Positions 1 through 10,500 of a stretch of 64,000 bases of DNA are shown in pieces. Source of the DNA: Auanema rhodensis (taxonomy: Eukaryota; Animalia; Nematoda); contig OZ059896.1 in assembly GCA_964057225.1 (NCBI GenBank), forward strand, positions 23,513,665-23,577,664. Reading direction: 5' to 3'. A model generated the notes under the pieces. The model was not told the DNA's origin, made no database searches, and saw nothing but the letters and a program-made list of their open reading frames with translations. The number at the start of each line of letters is the position of its first letter. Positions within the stretch are counted from its first letter, which is position 1. The position numbers and the translations under genes were made by a program.

Positions 1-332
1 ACAATGATAGTGAGCAGCACTACTTGTTTGTTAAGGTTTTGAATCAGTTCTAGTTTGATAAAGAAGAGTTGATTTGTTCAGTGTAGATCACTGACCTCTA
101 TAGTATTCTGACAGGTACGGTGGAACTCTTGATGTGAGTCAAGCCCGTTCTGACAGCAAGAGGTAACTATCGTTCTATCCGTATGACTAATGTCTATAGG
201 ATAAAATGCGTAGTAACAGGTCTCAGAGGTAAACTAGGGAACTGTCTAACTTTAACATAGCTTGAGGCTTAAATGCTTGTAAATAGAAGAATATACATAA
301 ACAAGATTTCAAGTTACAATAACAGAGAAAGG
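1..332 (-). other. Probable LINE 3' UTR (incomplete)
   Basis: Non-coding sequence after the ORF2 stop, with no tail or return to satellite. Part of it could be unique flanking DNA. Confidence 0.55.
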
Positions 333-3200
333 TTAAATATTGTTAAGATTAATAGAAAGATGTTTTCTGAAGCTGGAAGTGTTTCTTAGTTGAACGATGT
401 TTTCAGGGAGTGTGTTCCAGATTTGAATAGCTCTGTATTCTATTCCAGTTCTTGTTTCGCTCTTCCAAAGATCAGGGTATTCAACATTCCATAGATGTCT
501 ACGTAGTGAATGAGCATAGTGCTTGGTAGTAAAAAAGTTAAGGTTGTTTTCTGGAACATTTTTAGTAATCTGATTATGATAAAAAACGAGATCAATTAGT
601 AGTCTTCTAAACGTTAGCTCCTCGGCTCCAAGAAACAATAGCTGGTTCTTGTAATCCAAAGCTATTTCGGCTCTCTTAAAAATAGCGTTTAAAAACTTTT
701 TTTGGACAGACTCAATGCGCGCTTTATCTTTGTTATTCTGAGGAGACCATACAACTGAAGCATATTCTAAAATCGGTCGGATATAGCAGCAAAAAAGTTT
801 GAACATCAAAGTTGGTGATCTTGAGTAAAAACAACGCAAAATAACACGACATTTGTGAGCAGCAATGTTAGAAATTCTGTCTATATGACTGTTAAAAGAG
901 AGATTATAGTCTGTACACACACCTAGATCTTTATATGATGATACTGTAGCTAAAGAAATGTCTCCAAATTTGAAAATTGTGTTTGTTCTTGGTGTAGTGG
1001 TACTCGATATAATCATAATTTTGGATTTGGAAGTATTAACTTTCATACCGTTAGATAGACACCAGTTTTTGAGAATATTCAAAGCTAGTTGTAAACTTAC
1101 CGGATTTGTGCTGCTTAGTTTAAGATCGTCTGCATAAAGAGTTGGATGTACATCATCAGGTAAATTTGATGTAATATCATTTATATAAAATAAAAAAAGA
1201 AGAGGACCCAGTACTGTCCCCTGTGGAACTCCACAGGGCAAAGAATTTGTGACGGATAGAGAGTAATTAACTAATACAGAGAAAGATCTATTAGTAATGA
1301 AGTTTTTGAGAAAAGTGAGAATACAGCCGTCAATGCCAATTGATTTTAATTTAGCTAACAGAACGGAATGATTTATGAGATCAAAAGCCTTAGAAAAGTC
1401 AATAAAGGCAACATAAACAGGTTTTTTCTTGTCTACAGCAGATCTCCAGAGAACATGACTACTAAGAATTGCCGATACAGTATTGCGTTTTGGAAGAAAA
1501 GCAAACTGATTAGGAGAAATAAAGCCGGAGGAAATACCAAAGTCAAGAAGAGGTGAACGCAGGAGACGTTCAAAAACTTTAGACAGACTGGATGTGAGAG
1601 AAATAGGACGATAATTAGCCGGGTTAGAAGAAAGTCCTGATTTATGAACGGGACGAATCCAAGCTGTTTTCCAGTCAGGAGGACAAGAGGAGGAAACAAG
1701 TAGATTGTGGAAAACAAAGGCCAGAGGCTGAGAGAGAGTAGAAGCACAATTTTTTAGGAAGAAATAAGGGATTCCGTCTGGGGATGTTGATACCCGAAGA
1801 GGTAACTGACAGAGAATTTTGTGAACGTTGAGAGGGGAGACATCAATAAAGTCGATAATAGTAGAAGAAGAGGAATGAGGAGCATGTGGTAGAGAGATAG
1901 GAAGGGGGCGAACAGAGAAGGTGGTAGCAAAGATAGAGGCTTTGTCAGAATCAGACGAAACAGAATCATTATCTATTTTGAGATTTGGGATATCTGAAGT
2001 GCTGCCAACCAAACGGGTTCTGCAAAAGCGATTAAGAAGTTTTGAATTATTATAGTTGGCAATACGTTCCTCTTCCGAAGCCAATCTATTCTTGATAAGT
2101 TTATCAAGAGAATGTGAAAGTTTTTTACGACGAGATTCATCATGATGATGATAAGAACAACTGAGTTTTTTTATATGAGATGAGAGTTTTAAAATATCTC
2201 GGTCAATCTTCTTTGTTCTTCTTTCTTTTTTTTTGGGAACGCAGCTATCAATGACCGAGTGAAGAATGTGAACAAGTTTAGAGTAAGAATCTAAAGGAGT
2301 GAGACCGGAGAGATGATTAGCGAAATCAATTTTGGCTAGTCTATGATTGATGAGATTGTAGTCAGCAGCTTGAAAATTGCGATCAGAAAACATAGGTAAT
2401 GCTACCGGAGACAAAGTATTAGAAGAGCTGATTGTGTTAGCTAACTGAAAAGAGTCTGAAACAATTTGGAAAACCACAGAATGGTGATCCGAGGAGCCGA
2501 GGGGGGAAGAACGGGATATGTTGCCTACACTGGATATGTTATCAGTGATAACATAATCAAGAATGTTCTTGCCTCTGGTAGGGAACTTTACCAACTGATG
2601 AGAACAGCTATCGTTGAGAAATTGAAGAATAGATCTACTAGAGGAGCATGGTTGAGAGCAAATACCGAGGTCCCAGTTGATTTTAGGAAAATTTAGATCG
2701 CCCGTTAGGAAGAACGATCGTTTGGAAATTTGTTTACGTAGATCAGAAAGAAACGAAATGAAATCTGAATGAGAAGCTGTTGGAGGACGATAACAAAGTG
2801 AGAAAACAGCATTAAGTGAAGGTATGAGTAAGTTAATGAATTGTATAGAAGATTGAGGAGAAGAACAGGAAAGAAGAAAAGGTTTGATATGACTTTTAAT
2901 ATAGAGGACAACACCACCACCACGTGAGAGACACCTATCGGCTCTAAAAATAGTGTAAGTATCTTTACATGGGAGTAGGTGGGTATCGAACTCAGGAAAA
3001 AGCCATGATTCTGATATTGCAATTATATCAGGAGTGGATAAAGAAATAACGTGGGATAGTATATGAAGTTTGTTAAGAATAGAACGTGCATTAAAACACT
3101 GAACTGAGAGGCTGGTAGGATGTGAGACAGGGGGGGTTGAAGACGTGACAGTGTTAACGAAAGGACATTTTGTCAGACGTGAGACGTTGAGATGTATTGT
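333..3200 (-). CDS. LINE ORF2: apurinic-like (APE) endonuclease + reverse transcriptase; stop-to-stop open frame of 955 sense codons, no AUG start
   Basis: Hand translation upstream of the track's TTG start (2594) finds no stop until TGA at 3203-3201. APE motifs: CFNARSILNK, DIIAISESWL, FRADR..RGGGVVLYI, LCYRPP, LTGDLNFPKINW, PTRGKNILDYVIT, SSDH. RT motifs: SPDGI, NYRPISLTS, FIDFSKAFD, GVPQGTVLGPLLF, YADD (1136-1125), DLGV. Confidence 0.95.
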   Translation of the reverse strand, partial: TIHLNVSRLTKCPFVNTVTSSTPPVSHPTSLSVQCFNARSILNKLHILSHVISLSTPDIIAISESWLFPEFDTHLLPCKDTYTIFRADRCLSRGGGVVLYIKSHIKPFLLSCSSPQSSIQFINLLIPSLNAVFSLCYRPPTASHSDFISFLSDLRKQISKRSFFLTGDLNFPKINWDLGICSQPCSSSRSILQFLNDSCSHQLVKFPTRGKNILDYVITDNISSVGNISRSSPLGSSDHHSVVFQIVSDSFQLANTISSSNTLSPVALPMFSDRNFQAADYNLINHRLAKIDFANHLSGLTPLDSYSKLVHILHSVIDSCVPKKKERRTKKIDRDILKLSSHIKKLSCSYHHHDESRRKKLSHSLDKLIKNRLASEEERIANYNNSKLLNRFCRTRLVGSTSDIPNLKIDNDSVSSDSDKASIFATTFSVRPLPISLPHAPHSSSSTIIDFIDVSPLNVHKILCQLPLRVSTSPDGIPYFFLKNCASTLSQPLAFVFHNLLVSSSCPPDWKTAWIRPVHKSGLSSNPANYRPISLTSSLSKVFERLLRSPLLDFGISSGFISPNQFAFLPKRNTVSAILSSHVLWRSAVDKKKPVYVAFIDFSKAFDLINHSVLLAKLKSIGIDGCILTFLKNFITNRSFSVLVNYSLSVTNSLPCGVPQGTVLGPLLFLFYINDITSNLPDDVHPTLYADDLKLSSTNPVSLQLALNILKNWCLSNGMKVNTSKSKIMIISSTTTPRTNTIFKFGDISLATVSSYKDLGVCTDYNLSFNSHIDRISNIAAHKCRVILRCFYSRSPTLMFKLFCCYIRPILEYASVVWSPQNNKDKARIESVQKKFLNAIFKRAEIALDYKNQLLFLGAEELTFRRLLIDLVFYHNQITKNVPENNLNFFTTKHYAHSLRRHLWNVEYPDLWKSETRTGIEYRAIQIWNTLPENIVQLRNTSSFRKHLSINLNNI
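910..1790 (-). other. Reverse transcriptase domain of ORF2
   Basis: Runs from SPDGI through YRPISL, DFSKAFD, PQG and YADD to YKDLGV. Boundaries approximate. Confidence 0.92.
2470..3110 (-). other. APE endonuclease domain of ORF2 (mostly missed by the ORF track)
   Basis: Catalytic-motif residues are all present and in order: N (FNARS), E (ISESW), Y (CYRPP), GDxN (GDLN), D (ILDY), SDH (2492-2484). Boundaries approximate. Confidence 0.9.
3154..3165 (-). promoter_or_regulatory. Candidate +1 programmed ribosomal frameshift site UCC_UUU_CGU_UAA
   Basis: The last three ORF1 codons plus stop read TCC TTT CGT TAA (3165-3154). The ORF2 frame reads TTC GTT AAC, shifted by +1. Confidence 0.7.
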
Positions 3201-4218
3201 TCATGCTAACAGATCTGGTAATTTGATCTGTGGTTAATTTTGCGGATCGTGGTGGATTTTTGCGACGTCTTGGGCTAACAGAAGAACGCTTGTCTTTTGA
3301 CGTGCGGTTCTGTCTTTCCTTCGACCGGCTCATTCTACCAGATTTACAAGGGGGGCTAGAAAAAAGAGTTGGGGATGTGAGAGTTTGAGAATGGAGTGTT
3401 GGTAATGGAACGTTGTGAATAGATGGTATTTTAGGAGTTTGATTACAAGAAGAAGTGGGAGCTATTTTAGGGTTTGGAGGATCGGCTGGATTGCGGGAAA
3501 CTTCAATAAGTCGAAGATCTCGTACCAAAAAGACAGACTTAGTGTTGTTTTTGTTTTTTTCTTTTGCTTCCTCGCGAAGGTTGTTTTCCAGTTGAATTTC
3601 AAAAGGCAGATAGTCGCGACGTACAAAAGTTTTAGATAAAGATTCGAAACATTTAGTCTTATTTGCTTTGATAGATGTTATGATCTTATCCCGCAATTCA
3701 ACCGATGGACAAGTAATAATGAGTGGGCCTGGGGATTTAGATTTAAGGATGCAACGTGTAATGGTTATTTGGTTAGTGTTAAGGAGAGTTGACAAAGTAG
3801 TGTCGTTGGATTTCTCAATGACCAGTTTCAGTAAAGAAGAAGGGTCAGAAGGTAAATCCGGGCAAGAGACTGGTACACGGAACCAGAGGGCTCTCTTACA
3901 ACGATAATCGTACTTTGTCTCCTCTGATCTAATTTTTTGGATTTGGCATGCAACATTGGAAGAAGAAAGAAGAGGTGAGTTATGGGTGGTGTTAGGAATA
4001 GTGCAAGAGAGTTGAGTTAACTTCTGCTCCAACTTATCGAGACGCGATTTGAAATCGGTTTCGATGAGTTTTATGCGTGAGTCATGCGATGCAACTGCGG
4101 TTTTGATACTACTGAGCTCGTGTCTTATTTGTACTGAAAGTTCAGCAAAAGAGTTATGTAAAGAATCGGAAAGTGATTCGAGGGCAGTAGTAAGAAACTC
4201 GTTAGTTACGTGAGACAT
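3154..4218 (-). CDS. LINE ORF1 protein (354 aa), putative nucleic-acid chaperone
   Basis: ATG-initiated ORF directly upstream of ORF2. It has an N-terminal heptad-like coiled-coil region (LESLSDSLHNSF...LDKLEQKLTQL), a central globular segment (PLIITC...FVRRDYLPFEIQLENNLREEA) and a basic, S/P/R-rich low-complexity C-terminal tail. Function is inferred from position and architecture. Confidence 0.85.
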   Translation of the reverse strand: MSHVTNEFLTTALESLSDSLHNSFAELSVQIRHELSSIKTAVASHDSRIKLIETDFKSRLDKLEQKLTQLSCTIPNTTHNSPLLSSSNVACQIQKIRSEETKYDYRCKRALWFRVPVSCPDLPSDPSSLLKLVIEKSNDTTLSTLLNTNQITITRCILKSKSPGPLIITCPSVELRDKIITSIKANKTKCFESLSKTFVRRDYLPFEIQLENNLREEAKEKNKNNTKSVFLVRDLRLIEVSRNPADPPNPKIAPTSSCNQTPKIPSIHNVPLPTLHSQTLTSPTLFSSPPCKSGRMSRSKERQNRTSKDKRSSVSPRRRKNPPRSAKLTTDQITRSVSMNNTSQRLTSDKMSFR

Positions 4219-4393
4219 AGTTAAGTAATAGAAGGTAAAAAGAATGAAATAAGAGACAAGTAAGGAGAGAAAAAAAAAAGAAGAGTTTTGGAAAAAAAGA
4301 AAGATAGAAATGGGAAAAAAAAGAGCGTACCTTGAAAAACCAGTCCGGCGTTAGTATTAAACTGAGAGTACGAGTAGGAGCCGACCAACCAGG
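4219..4393 (-). other. LINE 5' UTR with a long U/C-rich tract
   Basis: Plus strand 4221-4325 is dominated by A/G, so the transcript is pyrimidine-rich immediately before the ORF1 ATG. Confidence 0.65.
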
Positions 4394-4519
4394 ATGAGGT
4401 CAAATCGCGGAATGAGGTCAAATCGCGGAATGCGGTCAAATCGCGGAATGAGGTCAAATCGCGGAATGTGGTCAAATCGCGGAATGAGGTCAAATCGCGG
4501 AATGAGGTCAAATCGCGGA
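4394..4519. repeat. Minisatellite, 7 x 18 bp (ATG[A/C/T]GGTCAAATCGCGGA)
   Basis: Units start at 4394, 4412, 4430, 4448, 4466, 4484 and 4502. Only position 4 varies (A,A,C,A,T,A,A). Confidence 0.98.
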
Positions 4520-4521
4520 AA

Positions 4522-7500
4522 TGCACTTGGTATGTAACTCGCTTCACGTGAAAGATAAAGAGATGCGGTTTTCAAAATTAGATTCCCCATGTCCATATTA
4601 GTCTAAAAACAAATTTTTATTGATATTGGTTCATGGTAACCATGACTTTGAAATTTACGTGAACTTTAATTTATGCTAATTAAATGTACACTTGATGTAC
4701 ACTTGGTATGTAACTCGCTTCACGTGAAAGATAAAGAGATGCGGTTTTCAAAATTAGATTCCCCATGTCCATATTAGTCTAAAAACAAATTTTTATTGAT
4801 ATTGGTGCATGGTAACCTTGACTTTGAAATTTACGTGAACTTTAATTTATGCTAATTAAATGTACACGTGATGTGCACTTGGTATGTAACTCGCTTCACG
4901 TGAAAGATAAAGAGATGCGGTTTTCAAAATTAGATTCCCCATGTCCATATTAGTCTAAAAACAAATTTTTATTGATATTGGTTCATGGTAACCATGACTT
5001 TGAAATTTACGTGAACTTTAATTTATGCTAATTAAATGTACACGTGATGTGCACTTGGTATGTAACTCGCTTCACGTGAAAGATAAAGAGATGCGGTTTT
5101 CAAAATTAGATTCCCCATGTCCATATTAGTCTAAAAACAAATTTTTATTGATATTGGTGCATGGTAACCATGACTTTGAAATTTACGTGAACTTTAATTT
5201 ATGCTAATTAAATGTACACGTGATGTGCACTTGGTATGTAACTCGCTTCACGTGAAAGATAAAGAGATGCGGTTTTCAAAATTAGATTCCCCATGTCCAT
5301 ATTAGTCTAAAAACACATTTTTATTGATATTGGTTCATGGTAACCATGACTTTGAAATTTACGTGAACTTTAATTTATGCTAATTAAATGTACACGTGAT
5401 GTGCACTTGGTATGTAACTCGCTTCACGTGAAAGATAAAGAGATGCGGTTTTCAAAATTAGATTCCCCATGTCCATATTAGTCTAAAAACAAATTTTTAT
5501 TGATATTGCTTCATGGTAACCATGACTTTGAAATTTACGTGAACTTTAATTTATGCTAATTAAATGTACACGTGATGTGCACTTGGTATGTAACTCGCTT
5601 CACGTGAAAGATAAAGAGATGCGGTTTTCAAAATTAGATTCCCCATGTCCATATTAGTCTAAAAACAAATTTTTATTGATATTGGTGCATGGTAACCATG
5701 ACTTTGAAATTTACGTGAACTTTAATTTATGCTAATTAAATGTACACGTGATGTGCACTTGGTATGTAACTCGCTTCACGTGAAAGATAAAGAGATGCGG
5801 TTTTCAAAATTAAATTCCCCATGTCCATATTAGTCTAAAAACAAATTTTTATTGATATTGGTGCATGGTAACCATGACTTTGAATTTTACGTGAACTTTA
5901 ATTTATGCTAATTAAATGTACACGTGATGTGCACTTGGTATGGAACTCGCTTCACGTGAAAGATAAAGAGATGCGGTTTTCAAAATTAGATTCCCCATGT
6001 CCATATTAGTCTAAAAACAAATTTTTATTGATATTGGTTCATGGTAACCATGACTTTGAAATTTACGTGAACTTTAATTTATGCTAATTAAATGTACACG
6101 TGATGTGCACTTGGTATGTAACTCGCTTCACGTGAAAGATAAAGAGATGCGGTTTTCAAAATTAGATTCCCCATGTCCATATTAGTCTAAAAACAAATTT
6201 TTATTGATATTGCTTCATGGTAACCATGACTTTGAAATTTACGTGAACTTTAATTTATGCTAATTAAATGTACACGTGATGTGCACTTGGTATGTAACTC
6301 GCTTCACGTGAAAGATAAAGAGATGCGGTTTTCAAAATTAGATTCCCCATGTCCATTTTAGTCTAAAAACAAATTTTTATTGATATTGGTTCATGGTAAC
6401 CATGACTTTGAAATTTACGTGAACTTTAATTTATGCTAATTAAATGTACACGTGATGTGCACTTGGTATGTAACTCGCTTCACGTGAAAGATAAAGAGAT
6501 GCGGTTTTCAAAATTAGATTCCCCATGTCCATATTAGTCTAAAAACAAATTTTTATTGATATTGCTTCATGGTAACCATGACTTTGAAATTTACGTGAAC
6601 TTTAATTTATGCTAATTAAATGTACACGTGATGTGCACTTGGTATGTAACTCGCTTCACGTGAAAGATAAAGAGATGCGGTTTTCAAAATTAGATTCCCC
6701 ATGTCCATATTAGTCTAAAAACAAATTTTTATTGATATTGGTTCATGGTAACCATGACTTTGAAATTTACGTGAACTTTAATTTATGCTAATTAAATGTA
6801 CACTTGATGTACACTTGGTATGTAACTCGCTTCACGTGAAAGATAAAGAGATGCGGTTTTCAAAATTAGATTCCCCATGTCCATATTAGTCTAAAAACAA
6901 ATTTTTATTGATATTGCTTCATGGTAACCATGACTTTGAAATTTACGTGAACTTTAATTTATGCTAATTAAATGTACACGTGATGTGCACTTGGTATGTA
7001 ACTCGCTTCACGTGAAAGATAAAGAGATGCGGTTTTCAAAATTAGATTCCCCATGTCCATATTAGTCTAAAAACAAATTTTTATTGATATTGGTGCATGG
7101 TAACCATGACTTTGAAATTTACGTGAACTTTAATTTATGCTAATTAAATGTACACGTGATGTGCACTTGGTAAGTAACTCGCTTCACGTGAAAGATAAAG
7201 AGATGCGGTTTTCAAAATTAGATTCCCCATGTCCATATTAGTCTAAAAACAAATTTTTATTGATATTGGTGCATGGTAACCATGACTTTGAAATTTACGT
7301 GAACTTTAATTTATGCTAATTAAATGTACACGTGATGTGCACTTGGTATGTAACTCGCTTCACGTGAAAGATAAAGAGATGCAGTTTTCAAAATTAGATT
7401 CCCCATGTCCATATTAGTCTAAAAACAAATTTTTATTGATATTGGTGCATGGTAACCATGACTTTGAAATTTACGTGAACTTTAATTTATGCTAATTAAA

Positions 7501-10500
7501 TGTACACTTGATGTACACTTGGTATGTAACTCGCTTCACGTGAAAGATAAAGAGATGCGGTTTTCAAAATTAGATTCCCCATGTCCATATTAGTCTAAAA
7601 ACAAATTTTTATTGATATTGCTTCATGGTAACCATGACTTTGAAATTTACGTGAACTTTAATTTATGCTAATTAAATGTACACGTGATGTGCACTTGGTA
7701 TGTAACTTGCTTCACGTGAAAGATAAAGAGATGCGGTTTTCAAAATTAGATTCCCCATGTCCATATTAGTCTAAAAACAAATTTTTATTGATATTGGTTC
7801 ATGGTAACCATGACTTTGAAATTTACGTGAACTTTAATTTATGCTAATTAAATGTACACGTGATGTGCACTTGGTATGTAACTCGCTTCACGTGAAAGAT
7901 AAAGAGATGCGGTTTTCAAAATTAGATTCCCCATGTCCATATTAGTCTAAAAACAAATTTTTATTGATATTGGTGCATGGTAACCATGACTTTGAAATTT
8001 ACGTGAACTTTAATTTATGCTAATTAAATGTACACGTGATGTGCACTTGGTATGTAACTCGCTTCACGTGAAAGATAAAGAGATGCGGTTTTCAAAATTA
8101 GATTCCCCATGTCCATATGAGTCTAAAAACAAATTTTTATTGATATTGGTGCATGGTAACCATGACTTTGAAATTTACGTGAACTTTAATTTATGCTAAT
8201 TAAATGTACACGTGATGTGCACTTGGTAAGTAACTCGCTTCACGTGAAAGATAAAGAGATGCGGTTTTCAAAATTAGATTCCCCATGTCCATATTAGTCT
8301 AAAAACAAATTTTTATTGATATTGCTTCATGGTAACCATGACTTTGAAATTTACGTGAACTTTAATTTATGCTAATTAAATGTACACGTGATGTGCACTT
8401 GGTATGTAACTCGCTTCACGTGAAAGATAAAGAGATGCGGTTTTCAAAATTAGATTCCCCATGTCCATATTAGTCTAAAAACAAATTTTTATTGATATTG
8501 GTGCATGGTAACCATGACTTTGAAATTTACGTGAACTTTAATTTATGCTAATTAAATGTACACTTGATGTACACTTGGTATGTAACTCGCTTCACGTGAA
8601 AGATAAAGAGATGCGGTTTTCAAAATTAGATTCCCCATGTCCATATTAGTCTAAAAACAAATTTTTATTGATATTGGTGCATGGTAACCTTGACTTTGAA
8701 ATTTACGTGAACTTTAATTTATGCTAATTAAATGTACACGTGATGTGCACTTGGTATGTAACTCGCTTCACGTGAAAGATAAAGAGATGCGGTTTTCAAA
8801 ATTAGATTCCCCATGTCCATATTAGTCTAAAAACAAATTTTTATTGATATTGGTTCATGGTAACCATGACTTTGAAATTTACGTGAACTTTAATTTATGC
8901 TAATTAAATGTACACGTGATGTGCACTTGGTATGTAACTCGCTTCACGTGAAAGATAAAGAGATGCGGTTTTCAAAATTAGATTCCCCATGTCCATATTA
9001 GTCTAAAAACAAATTTTTATTGATATTGCTTCATGGTAACCATGACTTTGAAATTTACGTGAACTTTAATTTATGCTAATTAAATGTACACGTGATGTGC
9101 ACTTGGTATGTAACTCGCTTCACGTGAAAGATAAAGAGATGCGGTTTTCAAAATTAGATTCCCCATGTCCATATTAGTCTAAAAACAAATTTTTATTGAT
9201 ATTGGTTCATGGTAACCATGACTTTGAAATTTACGTGAACTTTAATTTATGCTAATTAAATGTACACGTGATGTGCACTTGGTATGTAACTCGCTTCACG
9301 TGAAAGATAAAGAGATGCGGTTTTCAAAATTAGATTCCCCATGTCCATATTAGTCTAAAAACAAATTTTTATTGATATTGGTTCATGGTAACCATGACTT
9401 TGAAATTTACGTGAACTTTAATTTATGCTAATTAAATGTACACGTGATGTGCACTTGGTATGTAACTCGCTTCACGTGAAAGATAAAGAGATGCGGTTTT
9501 CAAAATTAGATTCCCCATGTCCATATTAGTCTAAAAACAAATTTTTATTGATATTGGTTCATGGTAACCATGACTTTGAAATTTACGTGAACTTTAATTT
9601 ATGCTAATTAAATGTACACGTGATGTGCACTCGGTATGTAACTTGCTTCACGTGAAAGATAAAGAGATGCGGTTTTCAAAATTAGATTCCCCATGTCCAT
9701 ATTAGTCTAAAAACAAATTTTTATTGATATTGGTTCATGGTAACCATGACTTTGAAATTTACGTGAACTTTAATTTATGCTAATTAAATGTACACGTGAT
9801 GTGCACTTGGTATGTAACTCGCTTCACGTGAAAGATAAAGAGATGCGGTTTTCAAAATTAGATTCCCCATGTCCATATTAGTCTAAAAACAAATTTTTAT
9901 TGATATTGGTGCATGGTAACCATGACTTTGAAATTTACGTGAACTTTAATTTATGCTAATTAAATGTACACTTGATGTACACTTGGTATGTAACTCGCTT
10001 CACGTGAAAGATAAAGAGATGCGGTTTTCAAAATTAGATTCCCCATGTCCATATTAGTCTAAAAACAAATTTTTATTGATATTGCTTCATGGTAACCATG
10101 ACTTTGAAATTTACGTGAACTTTAATTTATGCTAATTAAATGTACACGTGATGTGCACTTGGTATGTAACTCGCTTCACGTGAAAGATAAAGAGATGCGG
10201 TTTTCAAAATTAGATTCCCCATGTCCATATTAGTCTAAAAACAAATTTTTATTGATATTGGTGCATGGTAACCATGACTTTGAAATTTACGTGAACTTTA
10301 ATTTATGCTAATTAAATGTACACTTGATGTACACTTGGTATGTAACTCGCTTCACGTGAAAGATAAAGAGATGCGGTTTTCAAAATTAGATTCCCCATGT
10401 CCATATTAGTCTAAAAACAAATTTTTATTGATATTGGTGCATGGTAACCTTGACTTTGAAATTTACGTGAACTTTAATTTATGCTAATTAAATGTACACG

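Larger units (their letters stand above)
1..4519 (-). mobile_element. Non-LTR retrotransposon (LINE), CR1-like clade; two intact ORFs; 3' terminus probably outside the window
   Basis: ORF1 followed by an APE-RT ORF2 on the minus strand. The ORF2 C-terminal motifs (YIRPILEYASVVWSP, IESVQKKF, WNTLPENIV..SSFRKHL) are typical of CR1/L2-group elements. No poly(A) or terminal microsatellite tail is seen in 1-332. Including the 18-bp repeats in the element is an inference. Confidence 0.92.

Noticed and set aside
1-332. Self-cleaving ribozyme or poly(A)/microsatellite tail in the 3' region
   Set aside because: No complete hammerhead core or tail repeat could be identified by eye.
333-2594. ORF-track start of ORF2 at 2594
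   Set aside because: It is an internal TTG (Leu) in the middle of the endonuclease domain. The frame is open to 3200.
3130-3136. C7 run (minus strand) as the frameshift site
   Set aside because: It lies downstream of the ORF1 stop codon, so ORF1-frame ribosomes would not reach it.
1368-3907. Short alternative-frame and antisense ORFs within the LINE
   Set aside because: Shadow ORFs overlapping ORF1/ORF2, with low-complexity composition and no motifs.
4221-4596. ORFs with FRDLTS / PRFDLI repeats
   Set aside because: These are translations of the 18-bp minisatellite and U-rich UTR that start inside the satellite, so they exist only because of this junction.
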